64,000 nt of DNA, from positions 832,001-896,000 of the forward strand of contig CAWBMP010000004.1 of the NCBI GenBank assembly GCA_963790025.1, written 5' to 3'. This DNA comes from Nitrospirota bacterium. GTDB lineage: Bacteria > Nitrospirota > Thermodesulfovibrionia > Thermodesulfovibrionales > Dissulfurispiraceae. This document shows, one piece after another, positions 51,018 to 60,317 of this stretch (position 1 is the stretch's first letter; each line of letters opens with the position of its first letter). The notes under the pieces are model-generated. The model made no database searches, was not told the DNA's origin, and was given only the letters and a program-made list of their open reading frames with translations. The position numbers and the translations under genes are program-made.

Positions 51018-52560
51018 ATATTACATCCGAATATGAAAATTCTACCCTGTTTTTCCCCTCGGCCTTGGCCTTATACAAGGCCTTATCCGCCCTGGCAAGC
51101 AGTTTTTCCGGGCTGTCTCCGCAGCCTGGATTATATCGCGCCACCCCTATACTTACTGTCAGGCGAACTGAATCTGGAAATTCATGGTCCTGGACCCTGA
51201 CCCGGATCCGTTCAAAAAGACCCCCGATACTTCTTTCATCCCCGCCGCTTATAAGCAATGCAAATTCCTCGCCGCCAAAACGGGCAATGATATCGGACAT
51301 CCTGGCTGCCTTCTTGCACAACATGCCGAGTTCTGCCAAAACTTTATCACCCACCAGGTGCCCGTGAGTGTCATTAATCTCTTTGAAATCGTCTATATCA
51401 GTCATGGCTAAAAACAGCGGGGCCGCGGAGCGCTCGCTGTAAGAGCATTCCCGCTCCATAAGCGAATTTAGTATAAACTTATTATAAAGGCCTGTCAAAT
51501 TATCAAAAAGAGCAAGCTGCTGCGTCTTTTGATACAGCCGCGCATTCAGAATATTGATGCCCAGTATATTCCGTATGAGTGAAGCGGCATATTGTACGAC
51601 GTCCTTGTCCTCCATAGAAGTAATACTTCCCATATTGAGCACGCCTTTAGCCACTTCACACTTATTAATAATATCAGTGGAACCGCTTGCATCGCCCACA
51701 CTGAAAGGAATAATTATTAAAGACTTACCCAGAGATTCTTTATTCAGGAAATCATAAGGTGCCTGCGTGATTTCAGGTAAAACAATAATCCTGTCTTCTC
51801 GAAATGCACACATCATCGGACTTCTGGAATCGGTATCAATCGGTATCGTGTAACTTTCTTCCAGATAGTTGCTTCTTACCATGCACAGTGCGTTTTTCTC
51901 CTCGTCCAGAAGAAATAAAGATGCATACCGCGAATTGAAAATATCCGGTATTTTGGCAATAATAAGGTCCAGGACGTCATCCAGATCCAGTCTTTTAAAG
52001 CCCTGAGACAGATAAGCAATCCTTTCAGCTGCAGAGTGCATGTCCCTTATCCTTTCGTTTTTCAGCTCGAGTTCCTTCACATACTGCTCGATCTCCTTTT
52101 CTGCGCGCTCCTTCTCTTCGTAGAAATGAAAGGTTTTTGCCGCATTAATGATAAGTGTTGCAAAACTGTCATGGTCCTCTATAGGCTTTGCTACATAATA
52201 ATCGAGAATTTTGTTATTGATGGCATATCTGGCAGATTCGACAGATGCATAGCCCGTAAGCAATATTTTTACGGCATTGGGAACTATTACATTGGCCTTC
52301 TCGATTAACTCTATGCCCGTCATTGACGGCATCATCTGGTCACTGACAATTACTGCTATTTTTTCATCTTCTTCCTTAAGTTCCTGGATAAACGCCAGGC
52401 CCTCGTTTGCGTCATTTATCAAATGCCTATCGAGCTCCAAAAACTTAGAATTCGCAATGAGTCGATTGGATAATGCGATATTCAGAGAATTAAGAAAATC
52501 CTTGTCATCATCGATGAACAAGATATGATAAGGACAATTATTCAATTTTCCATCCTCCAT
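51007..52560 (-). CDS. REC-GAF-GGDEF diguanylate cyclase
   Basis: IDDD, SDQMMP, AKP; GAF; DNLTGLYN, DIDDFK, I-site RMSD, GGEEF; start could instead be TTG at 52545. Confidence 0.92.
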   Translation of the reverse strand: MEDGKLNNCPYHILFIDDDKDFLNSLNIALSNRLIANSKFLELDRHLINDANEGLAFIQELKEEDEKIAVIVSDQMMPSMTGIELIEKANVIVPNAVKILLTGYASVESARYAINNKILDYYVAKPIEDHDSFATLIINAAKTFHFYEEKERAEKEIEQYVKELELKNERIRDMHSAAERIAYLSQGFKRLDLDDVLDLIIAKIPDIFNSRYASLFLLDEEKNALCMVRSNYLEESYTIPIDTDSRSPMMCAFREDRIIVLPEITQAPYDFLNKESLGKSLIIIPFSVGDASGSTDIINKCEVAKGVLNMGSITSMEDKDVVQYAASLIRNILGINILNARLYQKTQQLALFDNLTGLYNKFILNSLMERECSYSERSAAPLFLAMTDIDDFKEINDTHGHLVGDKVLAELGMLCKKAARMSDIIARFGGEEFALLISGGDERSIGGLFERIRVRVQDHEFPDSVRLTVSIGVARYNPGCGDSPEKLLARADKALYKAKAEGKNRVEFSYSDVIYEQ

Positions 52561-54388
52561 TCCCATGTTCCCGCGGCAGCAAGACAGTAAATACGGTTTT
52601 CCCCGGAACACTGTCTACTGAAATACGCCCTTCATGTTTCTTGACAATGCCTGACACAATTGAAAGTCCGAGCCCGGTGCCCTTGCCGATTCCCTTTGTT
52701 GTGAAAAAAGGATCAAATAGTCTGGATACATTTTCTCCTGAGATACCGCTACCATTATCCATAACTTGGACACTTATCCATTCCCCTTGCTCCCTGGTCT
52801 CTATTCTTATCAAGCCCTTTTTGGCTTCCATATCGACCTCCTTTATTGCATCATATGAGTTGCTGATCAGATTCGTCCAGACCTGGCTGATTTCACTGGT
52901 GCATCGAATGAGCGGCAGCGGCCCCAGCTCTTTTTCCACTTTAACGTCATATTTAAGTTTGTTGTTCATAAGCAGGAGGACATTCTCAATATTTTCGTTA
53001 ATATCTATGGAAGCGATTTTATCCATATCGGTATAAGCATAATATTTCAAAGCCCTGACAATATCAGTGATCTTCTTTATGCTGGAGTCGCATATCTTAA
53101 TCCCCAAATTGATCGTGCCTATCGAGTCTGACAACTCCATTACCCAGGGTTGCTTGAGCAGGTCTTCGTATTGAGCCAATTTGCCTTTATCGAGAAGATT
53201 ATATTTCGCGAGAATGGCAGCTACTTCCCTTTTATTTTGCACGCCTGCCTCTGTGAGCCATTTACCGATCTCGCTGCTCTTCTTCCACTGCATTCCACTA
53301 TCCATATTGAATTCATTAATGGAAAATTCATCAACGAATGCACAAAACCTGGGCAATTCTTTTTCCGGTAGTCTGTGAATATTGATCAGCAAATCAGTGA
53401 TTTTCCTGGTTCGGTCTCGCAGGTCGCTTGCCACATTGGCGATCGCACCGGCAGGTGTATTGATTTCATGAGCAATCCCCGAGATCAGGACGCCAAGAGA
53501 AGCCATTTTCTCGTTGAGAACTAGTTGCGCCTGGGCATCTTTCAATTTGTTTTCCCTCAACAGAATCTTCTCCCGGGCTGAATGCAGTTCGTTGAAAGAA
53601 CTCTCAAGTCGTTCAGCCATCTCATTGAAGGACTCTGCAAGGAATCCGATCTCATTGTTTTCAGTGACGTTCGCACGGACTGACAGATCGCCCTTTCCGA
53701 GCTGCATCGCATTATCGGCCAATAGCTCAAGAGGCTTAGTCGCACGCTTTATGTTCCAGTAAAGCACAGCAAGCGTGAACAGGATGAAGATGACAAAGGT
53801 GATAAAAGAATAGAGCATCGTACCGAGGGCCTTATTATAGACCGAGTGCCTCGAAACCCCGATATTGATGCCGCCCACAACCCTCTGGTACAGTGGGTCT
53901 ATGACGGGAATAAATGTGTAGAAAGTGGAATATGTCGCGAATGTCTTCCGTACATTTTTTTTAATAAGGGAGCTGATATATTCCGGATAAAATAACTTAC
54001 CTTTTTCTGCCGTGGGGTAGCTGTACAGGACTTTGCAATTTTCATCCACCACATTGGCATAAATTACATCTTTATCTACTTTGACGTCCTTTTCCAGCTC
54101 TTTTTCTATCCCGTCCAGGGAGTTAATCTGCAAACGAAGGCTCAGCAGATCTTCGATAAAAATCTTCATATTACTCCCCGCAACATCTACCCTGGACTCT
54201 ATGAGTGAAAGATATTCATTGCTAAAACAATAAGTTGTAATCACTACGGCAATACATGTATTAATCAAAAGAACAACAGACAAAAATACGGTAAACTGAT
54301 GAGACATGCGGTTCTTTTTTGCCCTGCCATTTACCCGGGCATAAGACTTGTCTTCTGTAATTATCTGTTCTGTCGTTTCAGCCATCAT
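52538..54388 (-). CDS. Membrane sensor histidine kinase (periplasmic sensor-HAMP-HisKA-HATPase)
   Basis: 2 TM, HAMP, EKMASLG...GIAHEINTP, NLISNS, DNGSG, FDPFFTTK, GTGLGL. Confidence 0.92.
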   Translation of the reverse strand: MMAETTEQIITEDKSYARVNGRAKKNRMSHQFTVFLSVVLLINTCIAVVITTYCFSNEYLSLIESRVDVAGSNMKIFIEDLLSLRLQINSLDGIEKELEKDVKVDKDVIYANVVDENCKVLYSYPTAEKGKLFYPEYISSLIKKNVRKTFATYSTFYTFIPVIDPLYQRVVGGINIGVSRHSVYNKALGTMLYSFITFVIFILFTLAVLYWNIKRATKPLELLADNAMQLGKGDLSVRANVTENNEIGFLAESFNEMAERLESSFNELHSAREKILLRENKLKDAQAQLVLNEKMASLGVLISGIAHEINTPAGAIANVASDLRDRTRKITDLLINIHRLPEKELPRFCAFVDEFSINEFNMDSGMQWKKSSEIGKWLTEAGVQNKREVAAILAKYNLLDKGKLAQYEDLLKQPWVMELSDSIGTINLGIKICDSSIKKITDIVRALKYYAYTDMDKIASIDINENIENVLLLMNNKLKYDVKVEKELGPLPLIRCTSEISQVWTNLISNSYDAIKEVDMEAKKGLIRIETREQGEWISVQVMDNGSGISGENVSRLFDPFFTTKGIGKGTGLGLSIVSGIVKKHEGRISVDSVPGKTVFTVLLPREHGNGGWKIE

Positions 54389-54498
54389 GTCACCGTAACT
54401 TTAATCATCCCTTCCTACTGCAAAATAGCCCTCTGCATCGTTACAATACGTTATCGGCGGAAAAAGCAATAAATTGAGCATGCGCCATCTGCCGGGGA

Positions 54499-56517
54499 TT
54501 ATTCGACTTTTCCGGCCCCGCAGGAAGGAAAGAACTTTTCAAAGATGCTTTCTATAGCTTCTTTTTTAACCGGCTTCGTAATATAATCATTTATTCCGGC
54601 AGCAAGCGAATTATTGACATCAACAGAGAGGGCATTGGCAGAAACGGCAATAATAGGGGCCTTTATACCGGACTTACGCATCTCCTGCGTTGCCTCAATC
54701 CCATCCATTTCAGGCATCTGAACATCCATGAGGATTATATCATAAGTTGTCTTCTTCACCATTTCAAGGGCCTCTCTGCCGTTTTGAGCCACATCCGGCC
54801 TGATGGAAAAAAAGGTCTGCAACATCGCTTGCGCCAAAAGGATATTAATCTCAACATCTTCAACAACAAGCACCTTCAAAGCACTGAACCTGTCTGCGGC
54901 AGCCTCCCACCGCCTCGAAGCTGTATCTTTTTTCGACGGCTTCTGAATGGTCCCCAGCACAAAACTGACATAAAACTTAGTCCCAACTCCCTCTTTACTA
55001 ATAACCTCTATATCACCACCCATCAACCTCACAAATGACCTTGACAGGTAAAGGCCAAGACCTGTCCCTCCGTATTTTGAGGAATGCATCTGTTTGAATG
55101 GAACAAAAAGATGATGCATCTTATCAGCCGGGATACCTCTGCCGGTATCCTCCACGCAAAATTTGAACACAGAGGTTCCGGAATAGATGCCGTCCTGGAC
55201 CACCATGGAAAGCTTTATAAAGCCTCTCTCCGTAAATTTTGCCGCATTGCCGAGAAGGTTCAGGAATACTTGTTTGATCCTCATCGGATCTCCCATTACA
55301 TGAAAATCCATTTCCGGGATATCGCTCAGAAATTCAACTGCCTTATTCAGTCTGGAAGAAATTGCCGTCATACATTCCATCAGGAGTTCCCTGAGATCAA
55401 AGGACTCTGTCTTCAGGTCCAATTGTCCGGCATCTATCTTCGAGACATCGAGCACATCGCAGATGAGAGAAAGGAGGTGATCTGCACTCTTCTGCGTATA
55501 TTGCAGCAACTGGCGCTGGTGTGCATCGAGTGAAGTGGTCGACAGGATATCGCCGAACCCTATGATTGAGTTCAGCGGCGTCCTGATTTCGTGGCTCATA
55601 GAGGCAAGAAAGCGCTTCTGCGATTCCAGCGCATGACGGAGATCCTCCGATACCTTAACGAGTTCCTCCGACTTCTGTTTCAAGTCCGCCTCGGCCCTGA
55701 TCCGTTCCGCCAGTTCCTCCTGCGTTTTCGTGTTCGCCTCTTCGAGCTGTTCGGCCATGAAGTTGAAAGACTGTGCGAGAGAGCCGATCTCATTGTTTTC
55801 GCAGACGTCCATGCGGACTGCCAGGTCGCCTTTTCCGAGTGACAGCGCCTTACCGGCCAATACCTCAAGCGGCTTTGTTTTGCGTTTTATGCTCCAGTAC
55901 AGCACCGAGAGCGTGACAAGAATGAAAGCTGCAAAGGTGAAAATAAGATAGCTAAGAGTCCTGGCGGCTTTATTATAAACGGATCGCTTTAAAATCCCTA
56001 TATTTAGACCGCCCACAACTTTCTTGCTCTGAGGGTCTCTGATAGGAATAAATGTATTATAAGAGGAATGCGTGGTGAATGTATTTTGAACTCCGCTTCT
56101 TAGAAGAGGAATAATTTCATCACCATGGAACATCAGACCTTTCTCTGCCTCAGGGAAGCTGTATATAATACGGCTCTTGTCATCCACCACATTTGCATAT
56201 AATGCATTCAGGTCGCCTGTGACATGCTTTTCGAGCTCTCTTGGAACTCCTTCCAATGAGCTGATAGGCAAGCCAAGATTTATGATATCTTCAATAAACG
56301 TTTTTAGATTGTTACCGGCAACTGCCACCCGGGATTGTATTAAAAAAAAATATTCATTCTTAATGTGAATACCCGCAATCGCCACGGCAACACATGTATT
56401 AATGAATAGGACAATGAACAAAAAAGTGATGAATTGATGAGACAGGCGACCCTTTTTCTTTTCCACACTTTTGGACTGAAGACCGGAATTCCCTTGCCGA
56501 GTCGTATGCTCTACCAT
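54499..56517 (-). CDS. Hybrid sensor histidine kinase (periplasmic sensor-HAMP-HisKA-HATPase-REC)
   Basis: 2 TM, HAMP, SHEIRTPL, NAAKFT, GTGLGL, DVQMP, KP. Confidence 0.92.
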   Translation of the reverse strand: MVEHTTRQGNSGLQSKSVEKKKGRLSHQFITFLFIVLFINTCVAVAIAGIHIKNEYFFLIQSRVAVAGNNLKTFIEDIINLGLPISSLEGVPRELEKHVTGDLNALYANVVDDKSRIIYSFPEAEKGLMFHGDEIIPLLRSGVQNTFTTHSSYNTFIPIRDPQSKKVVGGLNIGILKRSVYNKAARTLSYLIFTFAAFILVTLSVLYWSIKRKTKPLEVLAGKALSLGKGDLAVRMDVCENNEIGSLAQSFNFMAEQLEEANTKTQEELAERIRAEADLKQKSEELVKVSEDLRHALESQKRFLASMSHEIRTPLNSIIGFGDILSTTSLDAHQRQLLQYTQKSADHLLSLICDVLDVSKIDAGQLDLKTESFDLRELLMECMTAISSRLNKAVEFLSDIPEMDFHVMGDPMRIKQVFLNLLGNAAKFTERGFIKLSMVVQDGIYSGTSVFKFCVEDTGRGIPADKMHHLFVPFKQMHSSKYGGTGLGLYLSRSFVRLMGGDIEVISKEGVGTKFYVSFVLGTIQKPSKKDTASRRWEAAADRFSALKVLVVEDVEINILLAQAMLQTFFSIRPDVAQNGREALEMVKKTTYDIILMDVQMPEMDGIEATQEMRKSGIKAPIIAVSANALSVDVNNSLAAGINDYITKPVKKEAIESIFEKFFPSCGAGKVE

Positions 56518-56609
56518 CCTTCATACCTCATACCTGATTTTCTTTCAAAAAACTGGCAGAACAACCCGGAAATATATTTTGGAGTCCGGTCAATACAACA
56601 TCGCCGGGA

Positions 56610-57206
56610 TCATCCAAAAGACCCCCATTTATCCAAATCAACCGCTTCAGTCCTTGAAGAAATATAGTTTATGAGATTTTGGAGGAATCCCGTCAATAAT
56701 TCATCAGTTCTTACAAACTTAACACCTACATGAAGCACTTTATTCTCATCTCCAGACCGTGTCCAGCAAACTTTAACTTCAACAAAAATAGGCTGGACAA
56801 AGATTGGGAAATCAACCTCGACCACAAAACTTTGCCCTGGAAATACCTCTCTTGACTTTTCATCCGCTCTCACGAAAAAACCCATTCCGCCCTCACCCAG
56901 GTCAAGCAAGGGGACATGGCTTGACCGTTTAAGGAGAAATTCTGCCGGGGGAACTTCTGTATACATGACACGATAAAGAGGGGGCGACGAAGCTTGCAAA
57001 AGAGATTCAGGCAATGGCCGGAAGAAGCTGCTCTCACCTGCGAGTGCCCGCGCATGTTTCCGTTTCTGACGTAAAACCGGATCCGGCATAGTGAGCGTGG
57101 TTCCGCAAAAGGGGCACTTGCCTGTCTTGCCGGTCTCTTCAGTTTTGCTTCTAAGCACCTTACGGCATTTTTCGCAGCGAAAAGTGGTGATACTATCCAT
57201 GAGCAT
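56610..57206 (-). CDS. Zn-ribbon plus PilZ domain protein
   Basis: CEKC...CPFC; RKHAR; DLGEGGMGF; V.W...GVKF. Confidence 0.75.
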   Translation of the reverse strand: MLMDSITTFRCEKCRKVLRSKTEETGKTGKCPFCGTTLTMPDPVLRQKRKHARALAGESSFFRPLPESLLQASSPPLYRVMYTEVPPAEFLLKRSSHVPLLDLGEGGMGFFVRADEKSREVFPGQSFVVEVDFPIFVQPIFVEVKVCWTRSGDENKVLHVGVKFVRTDELLTGFLQNLINYISSRTEAVDLDKWGSFG

Positions 57207-57245
57207 TAACCCCTATTGCAAGGAAGATTTTTTCTTTCCGACATG

Positions 57246-58328
57246 TTAAACCATAAAACGTTTAATGTCGCCATCTAATTCCCTCGCTTTTTTCAGTTGA
57301 AGGGATATGTATGATTTCTTGAGAACGACTGCAATTTCCGAAGCAATCTTGCTTAATAGCTCCATGTCTTCCTCGGAAAAAGTCTGTCCATCCTTCCGGT
57401 TGTTAACGTTTATCACACCTATGACTTCACCTTGTGTAACGAGCGGGACGCTTAGCAGCGAGTTAGTACGGAAGTTTTCCTTGTTCTGGACAAGACTGCT
57501 AAGATGTTCCTCTGCAGACAGGTCCTTTATCAGCAAGGGTCGGGTCCCCATTGCAACATATCCTGAAATTCCTACGCCCAGGGGGATCTTGACCTTGCTG
57601 ATATCTACGTCAGGTATCCCTATTGTTTTTTTAATTTTCAGGTTCTTACGTTCCTCGTCCATAATCATCAGAGAACAGCGGTCAACCTGTAAATATTTCT
57701 CTATTAACTGCAGTACGGTTTCAAGGAGCTGATCTTCGTCCCTGATACTGCTGAGTTTGTTGCCAATTTCATAGAGCAGCTCAAGCGACCTTGCTTTCTC
57801 TTCCAGTTTCCGTTTTTCCACAAAGCTTTCAAAAAGGAAAGAGAGCTGGTCAAGGAAAACATTGATCAGTTCCATCGTGTCGTTATCCATAACGGTGTAT
57901 GCTTCACCGTACTCGCAGAGAAATAATCCAAGTATTTTGGAGAAAGACGAAATGGGAACAACCGCAATAAATACATCGTCAAATACGAAGGTCTTCTTTT
58001 CTGTCTGCACCGTTATGTTCTCCGAATGGGCCGCTTTGAGGCTGAATTCGCCCAATGACCGCAGATCACCTTGAAAAAAACCTCCTGCATACCTGTACGC
58101 CTGCTTTCCGGCCGCGGCACGAAATCGAAACCGTTCGGACTTCTCGTCAATCAAAAAAAGTGCTGTCTCCTCTGCGCCGGAAATCTTTTTAAAATGGCTG
58201 CATATTAATTCCTCTTTCTGTTCCCGGGATGCCTGGGCTACTATATTCATTAGTGTGCGATGATTGTCGCGAAAACCTTCCAGTCGTTTGATCAAACTTT
58301 CAGTTTTATTTTCGATATTGTTGTTCAT
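57246..58328 (-). CDS. Tandem-GAF protein with no output domain
   Basis: Two GAF-like repeats; second has SLLSVPL...IGVINVNNRKDGQTFSEED. Confidence 0.8.
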   Translation of the reverse strand: MNNNIENKTESLIKRLEGFRDNHRTLMNIVAQASREQKEELICSHFKKISGAEETALFLIDEKSERFRFRAAAGKQAYRYAGGFFQGDLRSLGEFSLKAAHSENITVQTEKKTFVFDDVFIAVVPISSFSKILGLFLCEYGEAYTVMDNDTMELINVFLDQLSFLFESFVEKRKLEEKARSLELLYEIGNKLSSIRDEDQLLETVLQLIEKYLQVDRCSLMIMDEERKNLKIKKTIGIPDVDISKVKIPLGVGISGYVAMGTRPLLIKDLSAEEHLSSLVQNKENFRTNSLLSVPLVTQGEVIGVINVNNRKDGQTFSEEDMELLSKIASEIAVVLKKSYISLQLKKARELDGDIKRFMV

Positions 58329-58358
58329 GCTCCTTTTGGCTCCGTCACAAATTTAATT

Positions 58359-59324
58359 TTATAAACCCATAATATATTTCTGGGATAATGCCAGAATAAC
58401 GGGAATAGTTACAATCCCGAACAAAGTCCCTATGAGGACCATCGATGCAGCTATTCCGGGGCAATCATCAAATTTTTCGTTCAACAGAAAGCTGGTAATA
58501 GGTGCCGGCATGGCCGCCATGAGCATAATAACAGCCTCTGTTATTCTTGCATCCTTAAATAAAACAGCGTTATAGCCGGATGCAACCGGTGACCAGCCCA
58601 CTTGCCGATAAAAAAGAATAAGGCCAAAAGCAATTATCGGTCCCAGGAATACGCGCATGCTTGCTCCGGCCAGGCCATGTTTCAGATCCGCAAGTTTTGT
58701 CCGTTTGAGGGAATATCCGAGGCTTATGATAAGCAGGGGGATTGCCCCTTTTCCAAGGATATCGATCGCTTTACCGAGCATATCCAGATAAAATTTTGTA
58801 TTTTCCGGCACTCTTATCGGAGCCATGGCGACGATAAGGCCGGCCGCAGCCGCATAAACAAAGGGAATCTTGAAGAATTCTTTTATATCGGTTTTCTTGC
58901 TCACCATAAAAACACCCATCGTATAAAGAAACAATACATTTACGACATGGAATATGATGGCCTTGGACAACCCGTCCTTACCATAAAGGAATAATGCCAT
59001 GGGCAAAGCGATGTTCCCGGTGTTCATGAAAATAATCGGCAGATAGATGCCTCTTTGACGTAGTCCAGCAATCCTCATATAAAAATAAGTGATGATCATT
59101 AAAGAGAAAATCAGTATAATCACTGACGAGCCAAGCAGTATAAACTCATTGGCCTGGAATCTATGCTCGGCCAGGGAAGAATAAACCATACACGGAGAAA
59201 ATATATAATAAATCAGATTGGCGATGCTTTTCAGATCCAGTTTGGTATCCTTCTTGGAATAATAATAGCCCACGAAGGCAATAATAAAAGAGGGCAGTAC
59301 CGCTGCAAGTATATTCATTTTCAT
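58359..59324 (-). CDS. AEC (auxin efflux carrier/MdcF-MleP) family transporter
   Basis: About 10 TM; YIFSPC, FMNTGNIALP, AIPLLIISLG, AMPAP. Confidence 0.87.
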   Translation of the reverse strand: MKMNILAAVLPSFIIAFVGYYYSKKDTKLDLKSIANLIYYIFSPCMVYSSLAEHRFQANEFILLGSSVIILIFSLMIITYFYMRIAGLRQRGIYLPIIFMNTGNIALPMALFLYGKDGLSKAIIFHVVNVLFLYTMGVFMVSKKTDIKEFFKIPFVYAAAAGLIVAMAPIRVPENTKFYLDMLGKAIDILGKGAIPLLIISLGYSLKRTKLADLKHGLAGASMRVFLGPIIAFGLILFYRQVGWSPVASGYNAVLFKDARITEAVIMLMAAMPAPITSFLLNEKFDDCPGIAASMVLIGTLFGIVTIPVILALSQKYIMGL

Positions 59325-59360
59325 AAACTTAAATCCTTTTTCGTTAAGATGTTTTTTCCG

Positions 59361-60317
59361 TTACTTTACCACCGTCGCGATGCGCAATATCTGCACCGGC
59401 ACATTTACACCGATTTTTTTTGATGTCTTAAGGTTCACCCTGATATGCAACCGTTCGAGATGGCTGGTAGGTATGTCTTTCGGTTTCTTGCCATCGAGAA
59501 TAGCCAGAGTCTTATAAGCAGCCAGTTGTCCAAGTTCGGTGTAATCCGGTCCCACACCAATAAAGGCCCCGGGGTCTTCCACCAGATCAGGGAGTAAGGC
59601 AACAGTCGGAATTTTAAGATTGTTAAACTGTGTAACAATAATCTTCGCCTGGGACATTATAAGAGAATCCGCAGGAAGAAGCACTGCATCAACTTTTTCA
59701 TCAGCAAGCTTCTTTATAACGGCAGGTATTGCTTTAAAGTGCTCAATCGGAGCCGCAAACATGGTAAACTTATATGCCTTTTGAAGTTGCTGTGCCTCAG
59801 CGAGCTGAATGACCGAGTTGGGCTCTTCAGGGTTGTATAAAAAGCCAAGGCGGTTAATCCGCATTACCATGGAGATAGTATTAAGAATGCTGGCCATAGA
59901 AACCATATTGGAAACTCCTGTCACGTTGTTGCCTGAATGTTCCCAACTCTTAATGAGCCCGGCTTCGACCGGCCTGGCTACAGCATTGAACACAATGGGG
60001 GTGTCCTTGATCTTCTTTTTCAATTCAGCGGTCACGATAGTTCCAAATGCATAGATAAGCTTATATTTCTTATAATCAAGTTTATTGATGATCCTGTCCA
60101 GTTTACCCCTGTCCTGATTTGCATCAATAACTGTGAACCGGAACGCATAGTTACCGGACTCATTCAACTTGGCCTGATACCCTATTTCCCCTTCAGTCAT
60201 CCCTCGCCACAGTATCATGGCTATATCAACTGTCCCTTTGGACCATGCCAGAAAGGCGCTTGCTGCAAGAACTAATACGACAACAAGCACAGCAAGCAGT
60301 CTGGGGTATAATTTCAT
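59361..60317 (-). CDS. Orphan ABC_sub_bind-type periplasmic binding protein
   Basis: Signal peptide, ILWRGMT, YAFGTIVT, SGNNVTGVSN; AAGGAGG SD. Confidence 0.85.
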   Translation of the reverse strand: MKLYPRLLAVLVVVLVLAASAFLAWSKGTVDIAMILWRGMTEGEIGYQAKLNESGNYAFRFTVIDANQDRGKLDRIINKLDYKKYKLIYAFGTIVTAELKKKIKDTPIVFNAVARPVEAGLIKSWEHSGNNVTGVSNMVSMASILNTISMVMRINRLGFLYNPEEPNSVIQLAEAQQLQKAYKFTMFAAPIEHFKAIPAVIKKLADEKVDAVLLPADSLIMSQAKIIVTQFNNLKIPTVALLPDLVEDPGAFIGVGPDYTELGQLAAYKTLAILDGKKPKDIPTSHLERLHIRVNLKTSKKIGVNVPVQILRIATVVK

